Of a stretch of 64,000 bases of DNA, positions 54,953-64,000 are shown piece by piece. Numbering within the stretch: the first letter of the stretch is position 1; each line of letters opens with the position of its first letter. Under the pieces are notes generated by a model, which saw only the letters and a program-made list of their open reading frames with translations, was not told the origin of the DNA and ran no database searches. Position numbers and translations under genes: made by a program. Source of the DNA: an uncultured Candidatus Saccharibacteria bacterium (GTDB taxonomy: Bacteria; Patescibacteriota; Minisyncoccia; 2-02-FULL-40-12; GWA2-44-9); assembly GCA_964553025.1 (NCBI GenBank), contig CAZKJF010000018.1:1641-65640 (forward strand), written 5' to 3'.

Positions 54953-56350
54953 ATGGGAAAAACTCTATTTTCAATGTTAGTAGGGTTTATGAGCCTTGTC
55001 ACATTCTCCCATTACGGCGGCGACTTCCGGACCCACTTCCAACGCGAGATTGTAATACGTCATGTAAATTCAAATCCGACGGCAACGCCGGATTTTGATG
55101 CTGGTCAAATTTCGGATGGCGCCGTAATTTCTTCGTCTTCGTTTGATCCGGCCAATCAAATCGCTCTTTTGCCCTTAACGAAATTACGCAGTTCCCGATC
55201 CCCCGTTTTGCATACGCCGGCGCCGCCCAAACCAACGTTAACTCCAAAGAACATGCCTACCCCACAACCGACTGCAGTACCGACTCCTGCTCCCACTGTA
55301 GTTTTGACGGCGACTCCGCTTGCTACGATTAAAGCCACAATTACTCCCACACCTGTAAACACGCAAGTAGCTTCCGCTCCCACCACTACGCCAAAATCCA
55401 CACCAGCCCCCACTCCCACCAAAACTCCCGCGCCAAGCAAAACACCTACCCCGGCTCCGACTGCAACTCCTAAATCCAGTCCGACGAGAACCCCGACGCC
55501 GTCGCCAATCAAAACTCCCACGCCCACTCCCGCACCATCGCCAACTCCGACTCCCGTCCAGCCGCCCAGCGGCCTAACCTGGGGCGCCTATGTCGGCGAT
55601 GGTTCGGCATCAGCATTTGAATCGCTCGTCGGACACTCCATGGACATGCAAGCGATATTCTCGGCCTGGAACGACGGATTTCCGTCTTATGCTAAATCTA
55701 CAGTCGGCGCCGGCAAAACATTGGTCATATTTTGGGAACAATACGACGTAACTCTGGATCAAATTATCAGCGGCAGCCAAGACAGTGTTATCACTCAATT
55801 CGCCGCCGGCGCCCGATCCTACGGCTCGCCTATTATTCTCGCCCCCTTCCATGAAATGAACGGGAACTGGGACCCCTGGGATGGCACAGTGGGCTCCAAC
55901 ACGCCCGCTAAAGTAATCACTGCCTGGAAACATCTTCGCGACGTGTTCGGCAACGTCTCCAACGTTAAATTCGCCTGGGACGTAAACAACGAATCGGTCC
56001 CCGATACCTCGGGAAATGAGATCAGGGATTATTACCCCGGCGACGCGTATGTGGACTACCTTGCCGTGGACGGCTTTAACTTCGGCAATCCCTGGCAGAC
56101 GTGGGAACAGGTCTTCTCCGATGCGCTCGGCCAGCTCTCGGCTATTTCCTCAAAGCCGATCTATATCCTCTCCATGGCTTCGGCTGATGGCAGCCAGAAA
56201 GGCGCCTGGATCACTGACGGCCTGGGTTCGGCGATTAAAAAATACCCGCAAGTCGCGGGCTGGGTCTGGTTCAATGAAAACAAGGAAGAGAATTGGCTGG
56301 TAAACTCTACGAGCGCGGCTCTGGCCGCTTTCAAGTCGGTAATTCCTTAG
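54953..56350 (+). CDS. glycoside hydrolase (GH26-like, clan GH-A) with ~150-aa Pro/Thr-rich linker
   Basis: N-terminal anchor, a PT-rich low-complexity linker, and a catalytic region with ...ILAPFHEMNGNW... and WVWFNEN. Confidence 0.5.
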   Translation: MGKTLFSMLVGFMSLVTFSHYGGDFRTHFQREIVIRHVNSNPTATPDFDAGQISDGAVISSSSFDPANQIALLPLTKLRSSRSPVLHTPAPPKPTLTPKNMPTPQPTAVPTPAPTVVLTATPLATIKATITPTPVNTQVASAPTTTPKSTPAPTPTKTPAPSKTPTPAPTATPKSSPTRTPTPSPIKTPTPTPAPSPTPTPVQPPSGLTWGAYVGDGSASAFESLVGHSMDMQAIFSAWNDGFPSYAKSTVGAGKTLVIFWEQYDVTLDQIISGSQDSVITQFAAGARSYGSPIILAPFHEMNGNWDPWDGTVGSNTPAKVITAWKHLRDVFGNVSNVKFAWDVNNESVPDTSGNEIRDYYPGDAYVDYLAVDGFNFGNPWQTWEQVFSDALGQLSAISSKPIYILSMASADGSQKGAWITDGLGSAIKKYPQVAGWVWFNENKEENWLVNSTSAALAAFKSVIP

Positions 56351-56793
56351 TTGCAGGCTTCAGCGTCAAGAAGCCTATCGAGAATTTCCTGATTCTGGAC
56401 TTCGCTGCCGGTATACTCGGAGATAGAAAACTTTTCCGCCAGCGCCGCGCGGGAGCTAAAATCAGCCGGCAGGTCTTTTGCGTGCAAATAATCCACGAGC
56501 GAATTTCCCTGGTAGGTTTCCAACTCGGAAATGCAGGTGTGTGATCGATATTTCACGAATGCCGTCGGAATCGGAACGGCCTCCGAATGACCGTCCGTCG
56601 TTTCCCAAAAATCAAGCAAACTTAAAATCTTGTCGGGACGAACGTATCGTTCAACGTGCCGGCTGGCCCGGGAGATATATTTGATATTCGAAGAATTGCT
56701 GGCCAGTCCGGCGCCGATCATAATTCCCGCGGTCGTGAAAACGAACGCAGTGATCAGCACGATGATAAGAATGGGAAGAAACCGGTACTTCAT
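56347..56793 (-). CDS. hypothetical membrane-anchored protein (148 aa)
   Basis: N-terminal TM helix. I recognise no family. Confidence 0.4.
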   Translation of the reverse strand: MKYRFLPILIIVLITAFVFTTAGIMIGAGLASNSSNIKYISRASRHVERYVRPDKILSLLDFWETTDGHSEAVPIPTAFVKYRSHTCISELETYQGNSLVDYLHAKDLPADFSSRAALAEKFSISEYTGSEVQNQEILDRLLDAEACN

Positions 56794-56929
56794 TATTTTT
56801 TCAGGAAATACGTTTCGCGCGCTTTGTCATACGCGCCGCGCGTCTTTTTCCAGCCGATGACGACCAGGTGCACGAGCGTTGAGAGGCCGACAAATGAAAG
56901 AAAGAATGTCATTGCGTACATGTAAGTGT

Positions 56930-57967
56930 TTAAATTTGGACTCGATCGGGTTTGAACCAGACGAGATTTTTTTTGCGAAGGATAACTTCCTTGATGCACT
57001 GCTCGACCAGAATGTATGCGTTGACGTACATCAGGAACATGTACGCAAACGGCGCCAGTACCAGATCAATACGCCGCTCGAAATATGCGGCCAAGATACC
57101 GAAAAGAATTGCGTTGACCAAATACGGGACGAAGAACAATAAGGCCAGCTTCAAATTGATCAGCGGCAGAATGAACATCATCAGAGGGAGAATCACGCCT
57201 TCAATATAAATTAAACCGAGCTCCAGTGCCCCTGCTGGTTTGAAAATAATATCCAAGTGTTTAACGAGATTCTGCCAGCCGCCACCGTACCAGCGGCGAA
57301 GCTGATTGCGGTAGGCATGGAGCGTGGCCGGGTCCTGGGTATTTACCACCGCCTTGCGGTTATACGCGATCTTGTAGCCGGCTTTGTGAATCTTGTACGT
57401 AAAGTCCAGGTCCTCGGTGATCGTGTCATGATCGAAAGTGCAGTAGTCGCGAAAAACTTGGGTTCGGAAGGCCGCTGCCGCGCCCGGGATGACGAACATG
57501 AACCCAATATAGCTTTGGGCCAATTTATGGATATTCTGGCTGATCGAATACTCAAAGGCGCGGCAGCGGGTCAGCCAATTATATTTCATGCTCCGAACAT
57601 ATCCCGACGCCGCGCCGACTGCCGAATCTTTAAATTCTTTTATGATTTCCTCGATGAATCGAGGATCGAGGATCGTATCGGCATCGGTCGTTACCATGAT
57701 GTCGCCGGTTACAAACCGAAGACCGTATTCCTGAGCGCTAGATTTGTTGCCAGTGTTCTTGGGCGTCCGCAGGACCGTAATCCGATCGGCGTATCGAGCC
57801 AGAATTTCCGGCGTCCGGTCTTTGCTGCAGTCATCCACGAAAATAACCTGGTCGGCGGGCCGGGTCTGGTTCAGACAGGACAATACGCATTTCTCGACCA
57901 TTGCTTCCTCGTTATAGCAAGGAATTAAGATCGAAATATTTGGTTTTTTCGTTCGGGACAATGACAC
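56930..57967 (-). CDS. glycosyltransferase family 2, processive (cellulose-synthase-like)
   Basis: ILIPCYNEE...VDDCSKD...TTDADTILDP...QLRRWYGG, with D,D,D and QxxRW motifs plus C-terminal TM helices. Confidence 0.8.
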   Translation of the reverse strand: MSLSRTKKPNISILIPCYNEEAMVEKCVLSCLNQTRPADQVIFVDDCSKDRTPEILARYADRITVLRTPKNTGNKSSAQEYGLRFVTGDIMVTTDADTILDPRFIEEIIKEFKDSAVGAASGYVRSMKYNWLTRCRAFEYSISQNIHKLAQSYIGFMFVIPGAAAAFRTQVFRDYCTFDHDTITEDLDFTYKIHKAGYKIAYNRKAVVNTQDPATLHAYRNQLRRWYGGGWQNLVKHLDIIFKPAGALELGLIYIEGVILPLMMFILPLINLKLALLFFVPYLVNAILFGILAAYFERRIDLVLAPFAYMFLMYVNAYILVEQCIKEVILRKKNLVWFKPDRVQI

Positions 57968-58041
57968 GGATCAGATATATCAAAAAATAAATAGGCGGCT
58001 AAGCCGCCCTATTTATTATCGCAAAATCCCGATTTTGTCAA

Positions 58042-58257
58042 CTATTGGGCTGGTTTTATGAGATCATATAGGAAGAAAGAGACAAATGAAACCAAAAAGC
58101 ACAACGCGCCAAATGTATCCTCGCGGGGCCATGACGCGAAATGCGTCAACGGCAAAGACAGAGTTTCCGGGTGGGTGGACGCGTTGATCGCAATATACAC
58201 CCACCCCAAAAGTCCGAATATGAACAAGGTTTTTGATGCTGATTGAATGAATTTCAT
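58042..58257 (-). CDS. small membrane protein (71 aa)
   Basis: Two predicted TM helices. Confidence 0.3.
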   Translation of the reverse strand: MKFIQSASKTLFIFGLLGWVYIAINASTHPETLSLPLTHFASWPREDTFGALCFLVSFVSFFLYDLIKPAQ

Positions 58258-58266
58258 GATTATAAT

Positions 58267-59574
58267 TTACTGACCGTTCAGGACTTTTTCAAGCGCGTCA
58301 TAAGCCGGCTTCTTGCTGCCGTCATACCTTACCAATCCAAAGAAGTTTTCTTTATTACTACTGTCAGTCCCTACATCTTGGAAAGAGTACCAAAGAAAAG
58401 GTCCCGCCCACGCATACTCCTTATAGTGAGCTAACGCATCCTCCAATATTCTTGATTGCAAATCCTCACTTACATGATCGGCTGCTCCTTCTTTCTTTGT
58501 ATTTCCCAGAATGGCCATATCTCCAGGGCCATTGGTCGGAGCTCCAAATTCTGTAATCCAAATTTTCTTTTGCCCATCACCATTATTCGCCATTATCTGG
58601 TACATCTGCGTCATACCCGGCCATGGATTTCCTGTTGTATTAAAGCTCGGCAAAAAGGGATACGAGTAAGGATGTACTGCTACTCCATCAAAGTATCCTT
58701 TTGCACCATTTGCATACAATTGCTTAACAAAATCAATTTCACCTATATTCCCCTGTCCTGTCATAACCGCAGCCAGACCGCCGGTAAGAACTGTTGCATT
58801 CGGATCGACATTCTTGATTGCAATATAGCTTGCCTTTAATAGAGAGACATAAGAAGACATGTTTACCGTTGGCATCCAGTACCCATAATAGTTCTCCTCG
58901 TTCCAAATTTCCCAAACCTTTACTCCACTAGCTGCATATCTCTTAGCCGCCAAAGAGACAAATTCCGCAAATTGCGAAGGGTCCGCTGGCGCACACTTAT
59001 TTGAAGAGCAGCCAGATGTTCGGGCCCATGTTGGAGTATAGGTCAATAATGCTATTGGTTCTATTCCAAGCTCTTGAGCAACAGAAACAACTAAATCGTA
59101 TCCTGCCCAATTATAAGACTTAGGACCATCTTTTTGAACCAAACTCCAGTCAATATCAAATCTGATCCATTTCACGCCCGCATTCTTCATGACTTGAAAC
59201 CGGGCAGTTAAATCTTTCCGGGACAAAAAAGAAAGACCACCACCGGCCGCAATACCAAAATTGTCTTGCAATGATACAGGCGTATTTGTGTTGGGCACAC
59301 TTGAAGGTTGGGGCAAAGGAGTATTTGCTTTTGAAGAAATTGGTATTACTGTCCTTGCTGGTTTTTGAGGAGATGGCCGAGGGGTCGGAGTCGGCGCAAA
59401 CTGGGATCGATGAGAGAAGAAAGGGTAACGGATCAAGGCCATCGGGCTTTCTTGCTGACTCACGTCTGTTGCGACTTGAGGCATTCTAAAATAAAATACC
59501 CCTAGAACAAGGAGAGTAACCAGGATAATAGAGAGAAAAATCAGTTTACCAAATTCGGGATGTCTATTGCTCAA
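58267..59574 (-). CDS. glycoside hydrolase, clan GH-A TIM-barrel (GH5/GH39-like) with PT linker
   Basis: TM anchor, a PT-rich linker, an acid/base region KVWEIWNEENYYG and a nucleophile region KIWITEFGAP. Confidence 0.65.
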   Translation of the reverse strand: MSNRHPEFGKLIFLSIILVTLLVLGVFYFRMPQVATDVSQQESPMALIRYPFFSHRSQFAPTPTPRPSPQKPARTVIPISSKANTPLPQPSSVPNTNTPVSLQDNFGIAAGGGLSFLSRKDLTARFQVMKNAGVKWIRFDIDWSLVQKDGPKSYNWAGYDLVVSVAQELGIEPIALLTYTPTWARTSGCSSNKCAPADPSQFAEFVSLAAKRYAASGVKVWEIWNEENYYGYWMPTVNMSSYVSLLKASYIAIKNVDPNATVLTGGLAAVMTGQGNIGEIDFVKQLYANGAKGYFDGVAVHPYSYPFLPSFNTTGNPWPGMTQMYQIMANNGDGQKKIWITEFGAPTNGPGDMAILGNTKKEGAADHVSEDLQSRILEDALAHYKEYAWAGPFLWYSFQDVGTDSSNKENFFGLVRYDGSKKPAYDALEKVLNGQ

Positions 59575-60891
59575 AGCTTGATTTTACTTAAATATTGGGC
59601 TATAATAGTAATTACCTATTATAGCACATCCTTGAAAGAAAAGCTTTATAATTTATACCAGGATAGCTTATTCCGTAACTCCTTTTTTCTTATCCTAACT
59701 TCCGGCCTCATGGCTGGATTTGGCTTCTTTTTTTGGCTTATTTGTGCACGTGTTTTTGACGCCAAAAATGTTGGCTTGGCAACATCTCTTATTTCTGCAG
59801 CATCTCTTATGTCTATCTTCAGTACTCTTGGGTTTAACAATGTAATTATTCGTTTCCTCCCAACTTCCCAAAGAAAAGACCATCAAATATCGACAGCCCT
59901 AATTTCAACAGGAATTCTTAGTATTATTGTTTCTGCCCTATTCTGTATTTGGGCAATTTTTACTCACAATTCAGCTTTTACAGCGACTAACGTATTATGG
60001 TTGCTAATTATGACCTTCTCACTGCAGGTCTTCAGTACAACTCTTAACACTATATTCGAGAGTGTCTTTATAGCATATCGTCGTGCAGGATATATTTTGA
60101 CAAAGAGCATCATCTTTAGCACTTTAAAATTAATTATCCTTTTCACTGTCATTGATTACGGTTTTTATGGCATCCTTGGTGCCACTGCTATTTCTACAAC
60201 GATAGCTTGTCTCTTAAGTATCATCTGGCTAATAAAGAAATTTTCTTACCACCCGGTTTTAACTATTGATTCTGAAACAGTTGAAGAAACAAAACATTTT
60301 GCAGCAGGAAATTATCTAGGCACTCTGTTTGGCATACTACCTTCTACAACTTTAATCCTTATTATTTCTTCTCGACTTGGTCCTGAATTTGCTGCATTCT
60401 TCTATATCCCTTCCATGTTTATTACCTTATTGAATGTCATCCCTAGTTCAAGTGCCCAATCTTTCTTCGCAGAAGTATCCCACGATGAACCTGGAATGCA
60501 TACTTACTTTAAACAAACAATAAAACATCTCTTCGGACTTCTTGTCCCGGCTTCAGCCTTAATTATCTTAGCTGGTGGTTATATTTTAAGTTTTTTTGGA
60601 GCTAATTACGCCCAAGCAGGCACAAATCCTCTACGTATCATGGTGCTAGCAAGTTTTGTCGGTGCCGCAAATTATCTTGGAGATACCTTATTGAATATTA
60701 AAAAGATGTCGAGAACATATATATTCATGAATGCTTTGAACTCTCTTGCTATTGTTATTCCAGCTTACATTGTGGCACCTTATGGCCTCGTGACTATTGC
60801 ATGGATATCCCTACTGGGACAAATTATAACATTGGGTATTTACCTAATCATAAACCGGAATCTCCTTATTAGCTTGCGAACAAACTCTTGA
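59560..60891 (+). CDS. polysaccharide biosynthesis flippase (Wzx / MOP superfamily)
   Basis: About 12-14 TM helices with typical Wzx-like topology. AT-rich gene. Confidence 0.65.
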   Translation: MSIAQSLILLKYWAIIVITYYSTSLKEKLYNLYQDSLFRNSFFLILTSGLMAGFGFFFWLICARVFDAKNVGLATSLISAASLMSIFSTLGFNNVIIRFLPTSQRKDHQISTALISTGILSIIVSALFCIWAIFTHNSAFTATNVLWLLIMTFSLQVFSTTLNTIFESVFIAYRRAGYILTKSIIFSTLKLIILFTVIDYGFYGILGATAISTTIACLLSIIWLIKKFSYHPVLTIDSETVEETKHFAAGNYLGTLFGILPSTTLILIISSRLGPEFAAFFYIPSMFITLLNVIPSSSAQSFFAEVSHDEPGMHTYFKQTIKHLFGLLVPASALIILAGGYILSFFGANYAQAGTNPLRIMVLASFVGAANYLGDTLLNIKKMSRTYIFMNALNSLAIVIPAYIVAPYGLVTIAWISLLGQIITLGIYLIINRNLLISLRTNS

Positions 60892-61951
60892 TAGCATTTC
60901 TGGTATTTTCAACAATTGAAGGCCAGTTTAACTTCTCGGCATAAGCCTTTGCGTTTTGAGATTTTTGTTCTAATTTCTCAAGATTTTCAGCTGATTTGAC
61001 CATTGCATCAATCAGGCCATTAGGAGAAACGGGGTTATATTTGTAAACCAAATTGTCAGGTAAGAGAGATAAATCTCCAAGATTGGGCACTATTGCAGAT
61101 CGACCAAAAGAGAAAGAAAGGAGAATTGAACTTGAAGTAGTCACTTTTTTAAAAGGCAGGACCGTAATATTTGCGGCCGCAAAATAAAATTGCAACTCAT
61201 CATCAGGAATTATACCATCATGCCAAATAATTTCATTCGATTCTGACGCCTTATCCAATACTGAACGTAAATGTCGATCCAAACAAAGCCCTCCCACAAT
61301 AAGATGATTATGAGAGCTTTTAATTTTTCTATAAGCGCCCAATAAATCTTCTAATCCTTTATACGGCCTGATACTCCCTATGTAGAGATAAACAAAATCA
61401 CCTAGGGGAATCCGCAACCTTTGTCTACTTTCAAGTCTTTCTGCACCCATTGGATATACTCCAATATAACTCCCAATTGGTACTACAATACTTTTATGTG
61501 GCTTCATTATCTTGATTATTTCGTTTTGTGTTAGAACAGATGGAAATATTACGAGATCAGATTTTTTAATTAAATTAACTCGGGCCTGAAAATCATTTAA
61601 AAACACAGACTCGTGAGGCATAATATTGTGAGCCGTCCATACCAATTTATATCCTAAAAACTTGATCAGAAACAAACAAAATAGATAATACTGATAAAGG
61701 ATTTTCTTTGCAATTCGATTTTGCCAGATTTTTGCTTTGAGAGAAAAGGGGTATACCCAATGAATATGTAAAATTTTATATCCTTGTGTCCTTTTTAAGA
61801 CAAAGAAAACAGGTAAGGAAAATAAATTAAGAGTAGCGCTTGAAGAAAAAGATGGTATATATACAATATTATCACCTCTTTCTCGCATGTGCCGATAGAG
61901 AAGCTCTTGATATGGATTTCCTGTATCTCTAGGGAAAGCAAGAATTTTCAT
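60869..61951 (-). CDS. glycosyltransferase family 4
   Basis: C-terminal GT4-like block ...YIGSIRPYKGLEDLL...; N-terminal Rossmann half. Confidence 0.65.
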   Translation of the reverse strand: MKILAFPRDTGNPYQELLYRHMRERGDNIVYIPSFSSSATLNLFSLPVFFVLKRTQGYKILHIHWVYPFSLKAKIWQNRIAKKILYQYYLFCLFLIKFLGYKLVWTAHNIMPHESVFLNDFQARVNLIKKSDLVIFPSVLTQNEIIKIMKPHKSIVVPIGSYIGVYPMGAERLESRQRLRIPLGDFVYLYIGSIRPYKGLEDLLGAYRKIKSSHNHLIVGGLCLDRHLRSVLDKASESNEIIWHDGIIPDDELQFYFAAANITVLPFKKVTTSSSILLSFSFGRSAIVPNLGDLSLLPDNLVYKYNPVSPNGLIDAMVKSAENLEKLEQKSQNAKAYAEKLNWPSIVENTRNAIKSLFAS

Positions 61952-61953
61952 AA

Positions 61954-62844
61954 TTATTTATGGAGTAAAATTAGAATAACTTTTTTATAAAACCCCAAGG
62001 CATAGATGAGATTCAAAAAAGTTGTTTTAAATGGCTTTTGGCGGATATTTTTGATTATTGGAATAATAATAGTAAGCGGATACCACCAAAAAATAAAAGT
62101 GAGCGGCAAGCCGAGCATCCATGCTCCATATATGATGGGAACGGTATTGTCCCCAGTAATTTTCCAGCGTTGTTTAGGGTGTTTTTTCAAGAGCTGGGCT
62201 TTCGCCATTCCGTATTTGAAAGCTCGCTTCACTTCATCTTTAAAGTTACCCCAATCATGAGTAACAACTGCTTCTCGCACAAATCGAATACGATTACCTT
62301 TTTCTATTGACCGCCATGTAAAATCAACATCGGAACCAAAAGAAAATGACTCATCGAAACCACCTACTGATTCCCAGACACTCTTTTTAAAAGCCAAGTT
62401 AATAGTGGGGCTCGAAGTTAAATAATCGCCTTTTTTATCAGCCGAATTTAAATTTACATGAGTATGCGGACTAAAAGCCTTAACTGATCCCGCCGTCATT
62501 GTTTCTCGGCCCTGGATAATTGGTTCCGTGAGGTTAATAAGCCAATTTTCCGAAGGAACACAGTTTGCATCAATAAAGACAATAATATCCCCGAGCGCAT
62601 TTTTAATACCCATATTTCTTTGCTCTGGAATAGATGCTTTATTCTTAATTACGGAAGGAGCGAAATTAAACCAACGAACCTCAGGATATTTTTTTCTAAG
62701 TGATTCAAACAGGCCTACCCGTGAAGCATCCACAACAATAATTTCGTTGGGAAGCGAACTTTTTTGATACGTCAAAGCATCTAGAGTATTCGCGATACCC
62801 CAGTCATTTTTAACAATTATGATAATTGAAATAACCGGTTTCAT
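61954..62844 (-). CDS. glycosyltransferase family 2
   Basis: MKPVISIIIIVKNDWGIANTLDALTYQ...IIVVDAS...FIDANCVP matches GT2. Confidence 0.75.
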   Translation of the reverse strand: MKPVISIIIIVKNDWGIANTLDALTYQKSSLPNEIIVVDASRVGLFESLRKKYPEVRWFNFAPSVIKNKASIPEQRNMGIKNALGDIIVFIDANCVPSENWLINLTEPIIQGRETMTAGSVKAFSPHTHVNLNSADKKGDYLTSSPTINLAFKKSVWESVGGFDESFSFGSDVDFTWRSIEKGNRIRFVREAVVTHDWGNFKDEVKRAFKYGMAKAQLLKKHPKQRWKITGDNTVPIIYGAWMLGLPLTFIFWWYPLTIIIPIIKNIRQKPFKTTFLNLIYALGFYKKVILILLHK

Positions 62845-62847
62845 AGA

Positions 62848-63948
62848 TTATTTAAATATCTGCGCTGTTTTATTATCGTAAATCTTATTTTTGTTTGCTT
62901 CCAAAAATTTTGACGGATATGTGTAGGCATACTCAGAGCCATTATTATCATACATCCCTTTACCACTGAGGGTATTTAAGTAACTAAGGTAGACATAAGA
63001 GTCCTTACTGATTATTGAGGGTAGTGTCTCAGTAATAATTTTACCCTTACTAATAAAAGAAAAGGCCGTAAGTTGGTGGTATCCCGGGTTGCTCGTAAAG
63101 ATCAAAGAATTATTGTCATAAATATTTTTGAACCACAAAGAAGCTGCTACCTCTGGGGTGCTTGTGTAAAATTTATCATAATCTTCTCCGTAATTATTAA
63201 GGCCGATAGATGGAAATCCCCCGGTTATATTAAAAACAAACCCAGAGTAAAACAAAAACTGAATGCAATAGAGACAAGCCAAAATAAACATACTCGCTCT
63301 TTTACTCTTGATAGTTTTTATTAGGGAAAAACCTCCATAAACACCGCAAATCCCCCAAAAAATAAGGAGTTGGAAATAAAGTCGCTCTAGATTATATTGA
63401 TCCAATGCTTGTGGAATCAAAAGAAATAAAGCTAGCAAAATAAAACCAGAGAACGAAAGCCAAATAAATTCACTTAACTTAAACTTACCTCTATACCAGC
63501 CATATACCAAGAGTAAAACTCCAGCAACAACGAAGATGTTGTTTAACGTAATCTTGGTATATTTAAAAGTCAGGAGTATAAAAGATTTTACTTTTACCCC
63601 AAGAAGAGGTGGAATTTGTTTAAATACAGCAGAACTAATTACTTGGACAGAAATCTCTTGATCATTATAATATCGAAGCGAGGGCTCTTTTTTCTTAAAA
63701 TATTCAGTAGCTTGGGTAATATAGGTCGGCAGATCGACACTGGCTGAATTAGCATATAATGTTTGGTCAATTGCTCCAGTGATTATATCTGATGTAAAAA
63801 TCTTGCTGACATTAGAGGATGATTGATCGATAAAATTTGTAAAATTATTTGAGGTGTGAGTAATGAAAGTATTCCAAACCAATACAGAGCAAACAAGAAA
63901 TATAATGAAAAAAAATGAAATCGTGCTACTAAAAACAACATCGGGCAC
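62848..63948 (-). CDS. polytopic membrane protein, possible oligosaccharide repeat-unit polymerase (Wzy-like)
   Basis: Multiple TM helices, embedded in the GT/flippase cluster. Start near the window edge is uncertain. Confidence 0.4.
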   Translation of the reverse strand: MPDVVFSSTISFFFIIFLVCSVLVWNTFITHTSNNFTNFIDQSSSNVSKIFTSDIITGAIDQTLYANSASVDLPTYITQATEYFKKKEPSLRYYNDQEISVQVISSAVFKQIPPLLGVKVKSFILLTFKYTKITLNNIFVVAGVLLLVYGWYRGKFKLSEFIWLSFSGFILLALFLLIPQALDQYNLERLYFQLLIFWGICGVYGGFSLIKTIKSKRASMFILACLYCIQFLFYSGFVFNITGGFPSIGLNNYGEDYDKFYTSTPEVAASLWFKNIYDNNSLIFTSNPGYHQLTAFSFISKGKIITETLPSIISKDSYVYLSYLNTLSGKGMYDNNGSEYAYTYPSKFLEANKNKIYDNKTAQIFK

Positions 63949-64000
63949 AAGTTTCTTAATTCGCGACCAGCGAGTTACCCAAAAAGAAATCTTGTTTAAA

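Noticed and set aside
1-64000. CRISPR arrays, rRNA genes, transposases/integrases
   Set aside because: No regularly spaced direct repeats, no 16S/23S/5S signature stretches, and no transposase or integrase-like ORFs were found on reading the sequence and ORF track. The repetitive DNA at 55200-55560 and 51640-51760 is PT-linker coding low complexity.

Overview
This 64 kb window appears to be a single bacterial chromosome segment at roughly 50-52% GC, with the last ~5 kb much more AT-rich. About 80% of the coding sequence is on the minus strand and genes are tightly packed, often with 4-nt ATGA or TGA/ATG overlaps. Main contents, in order:
(i) A long minus-strand cell-envelope glycan operon at 1-6912: a partial S41 CtpA-like peptidase, three GT2 genes (one fused to a GT4 domain), an LCP protein and an O-antigen-ligase-like protein. 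A GT4 gene and mreB follow.
(ii) A conserved ribosomal/RNAP block on the minus strand, infA-rpmJ-rpsM-rpsK-rpsD-rpoA-rplQ-rplM-rpsI (11043-14982). The rpmJ gene is missing from the ORF track and was found by eye.
(iii) dus, a short alaS, a UvrD-type helicase fused to a Cas4/AddB-like Fe-S nuclease, obg, an ABC-2 exporter, and an ECF sigma / anti-sigma / DUF5666-like triad.
(iv) A four-tRNA cluster (His, Pro, Arg, Gly) found by eye at 29.2-30.7 kb, with a small membrane ORF lying between two of the tRNAs.
(v) rarA, hup, rny, gpmI and mnmA.
(vi) A secreted-protein cluster: a coiled-coil MltB-like lytic transglycosylase next to a 717-aa secreted repeat protein that ends in a VirB2/TrbC-pilin-like two-helix anchor.
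(vii) PGI/PMI, a MacAB-like efflux operon, a NOX/ferric-reductase-like flavocytochrome, an M23 peptidase, a 1193-aa polysaccharide deacetylase and two PT-linker glycoside hydrolases.
(viii) An AT-rich (~35% GC) glycan-biosynthesis island from ~59.5 kb to the window end, carrying a Wzx flippase, GT4, GT2 and a polymerase-like membrane protein.
Several core proteins are reduced: RpoA lacks the alpha-CTD, AlaRS lacks the C-Ala domain and L13 is short. Together with the archaeal-type PGI/PMI, the DUF5666 module and the pilin-like protein, I infer (without proof) a small-genome Patescibacteria/CPR-like organism. No CRISPR array, rRNA or recognisable transposase was seen. Hairpin terminators, sigma70-like promoters and the tRNAs were identified by manual reading only.
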